From Veleropilina oligotropha (taxonomy: Eukaryota), in NCBI GenBank assembly GCA_048128005.1, contig JBEUKZ010000005.1:124001-188000 (forward strand): a stretch of 64,000 nucleotides of DNA. The letters are read 5' to 3'. Shown piece after piece: positions 63,064 to 64,000 of this stretch. The notes under the pieces were generated by a model that worked only from the letters and a program-made list of their open reading frames with translations, was not told the origin of the DNA and ran no database searches. Every line of letters begins with the position of its first letter. The stretch's first letter is position 1. A program made the translations under genes and the position numbers.

Positions 63064-63759
63064 GTGCGTGCACCACTAATAGGAAAACTGGTAATCGTAT
63101 AAGTTGGGATGCTGCAGCCATTCTCTTGATAGACGGCCTTTGAAGGCGTTGACCGTTGCCGCATTTACAGTATCCTGGCTCAGGCTGTTCCAAACAGGAG
63201 TGACTCTGCTGGTGAAGTAGTGCTTCCTGATACCAGACTGGCGTTGTACTTGCAGCTTTAGACTGTTGCCTCTTAATTGTGCGCGTTCCCAGGGATGGCT
63301 GTAGCAATGTTGTTTTGTTCGCCATTGCATAGGCTGATTTACTGTTCTCAACAAAGTTCGCTCTGCCGATTACACCGGCATGACACACTTAAAGGAATCT
63401 AGCCTGAATGAACGCTACAATCTGAACATCCGCAAATAGAAACATCCTACAGTCGCGATTGTATTAAATTAGCGTAGATCTTGAAATGGAATCGAGTTAA
63501 TATTGTTCAAACAAATATGATGGCTCCCTTTTACTGTGTAAACAATTGGTTGTTCTGCTTTCTATATGACCTTGTCTGGTGTTGCTCACCCGCAATCAGA
63601 TCTCGTATGAGCAGTAAACGACCCGTGCATTGCATGAACTAAACCGTACGTGAGATACATGAGCTATATAATATCTGCCATCAATGTAGACTTGTAATCT
63701 TCTATTACTTTCAGCATAATTAACCTCATTTCCAGCCCAGTGATTTTGTGAATACCGCC

Positions 63760-63860
63760 ATGCTGATGAGAAGCAAATGTGTCGCATCTACAGGGAGCGA
63801 CGAGGGATTATCAAAAATAGAACCTACATCAGCGAGCAAAACCAAAAGAAAAACCTCAAG
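63760..63860 (+). CDS. first coding exon of the inverted paralog of the FN3/SPRY-like gene (runs off right edge)
   Basis: Acceptor ttccag before 63736; ACCGCCATG; MLMRSKCVASTG...KTS; donor AAG|gtactg; 2 differences in 101 nt from 4468-4368. Confidence 0.65.
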
Positions 63861-64000
63861 GTACTGTATTTTGTGTGTACTTTTTGTGGCAAGATCCGGT
63901 TCTAAAGATTGCATACGATCGTCTTGAATGTCCCAGTCAACATCTTGTATGCTCATACGAGGAAATGTCCATATTATCGTGAGGGGAAAACCCACCTGTC

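Larger units (their letters stand above)
60594..64000. repeat. right arm of inverted segmental duplication, with extra insertions
   Basis: 60594-61152, 62258-62499 and 63064-64000 match 5952-4228 in reverse complement. Confidence 0.9.

Overview
AT-rich, intron-containing, transposon-dense animal DNA, probably a marine invertebrate (inferred from the repeat and gene content). It is not prokaryotic and has no CRISPR. Reading splice sites and exon phases by hand gives two complete genes: a 9-exon adenosine deaminase (ADA, + strand, 15024-26513, 349 aa) and a convergent 6-exon GT7-family beta-1,4-galactosyl/GalNAc-transferase (- strand, 42170-28983, 394 aa). At the left edge is the 5' part of an FN3 + SPRY/NHR-like gene (- strand, 4468 to <1). 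Its first coding exon and upstream region are duplicated in inverted orientation at the right edge (60594-64000). There is also an orphan fibrinogen-domain exon and a possible decayed gene upstream of it. Mobile DNA includes: a full-length single-ORF LINE with a 2A/StopGo motif and a TSD; two decayed LINEs; degenerate Academ, pogo-like, Merlin, MULE and Crypton-type elements; a Helitron with a triplicated 5' end; several nested MITEs with TSDs; SINEs; and many minisatellites. All family assignments come from motif recognition, not database searches.
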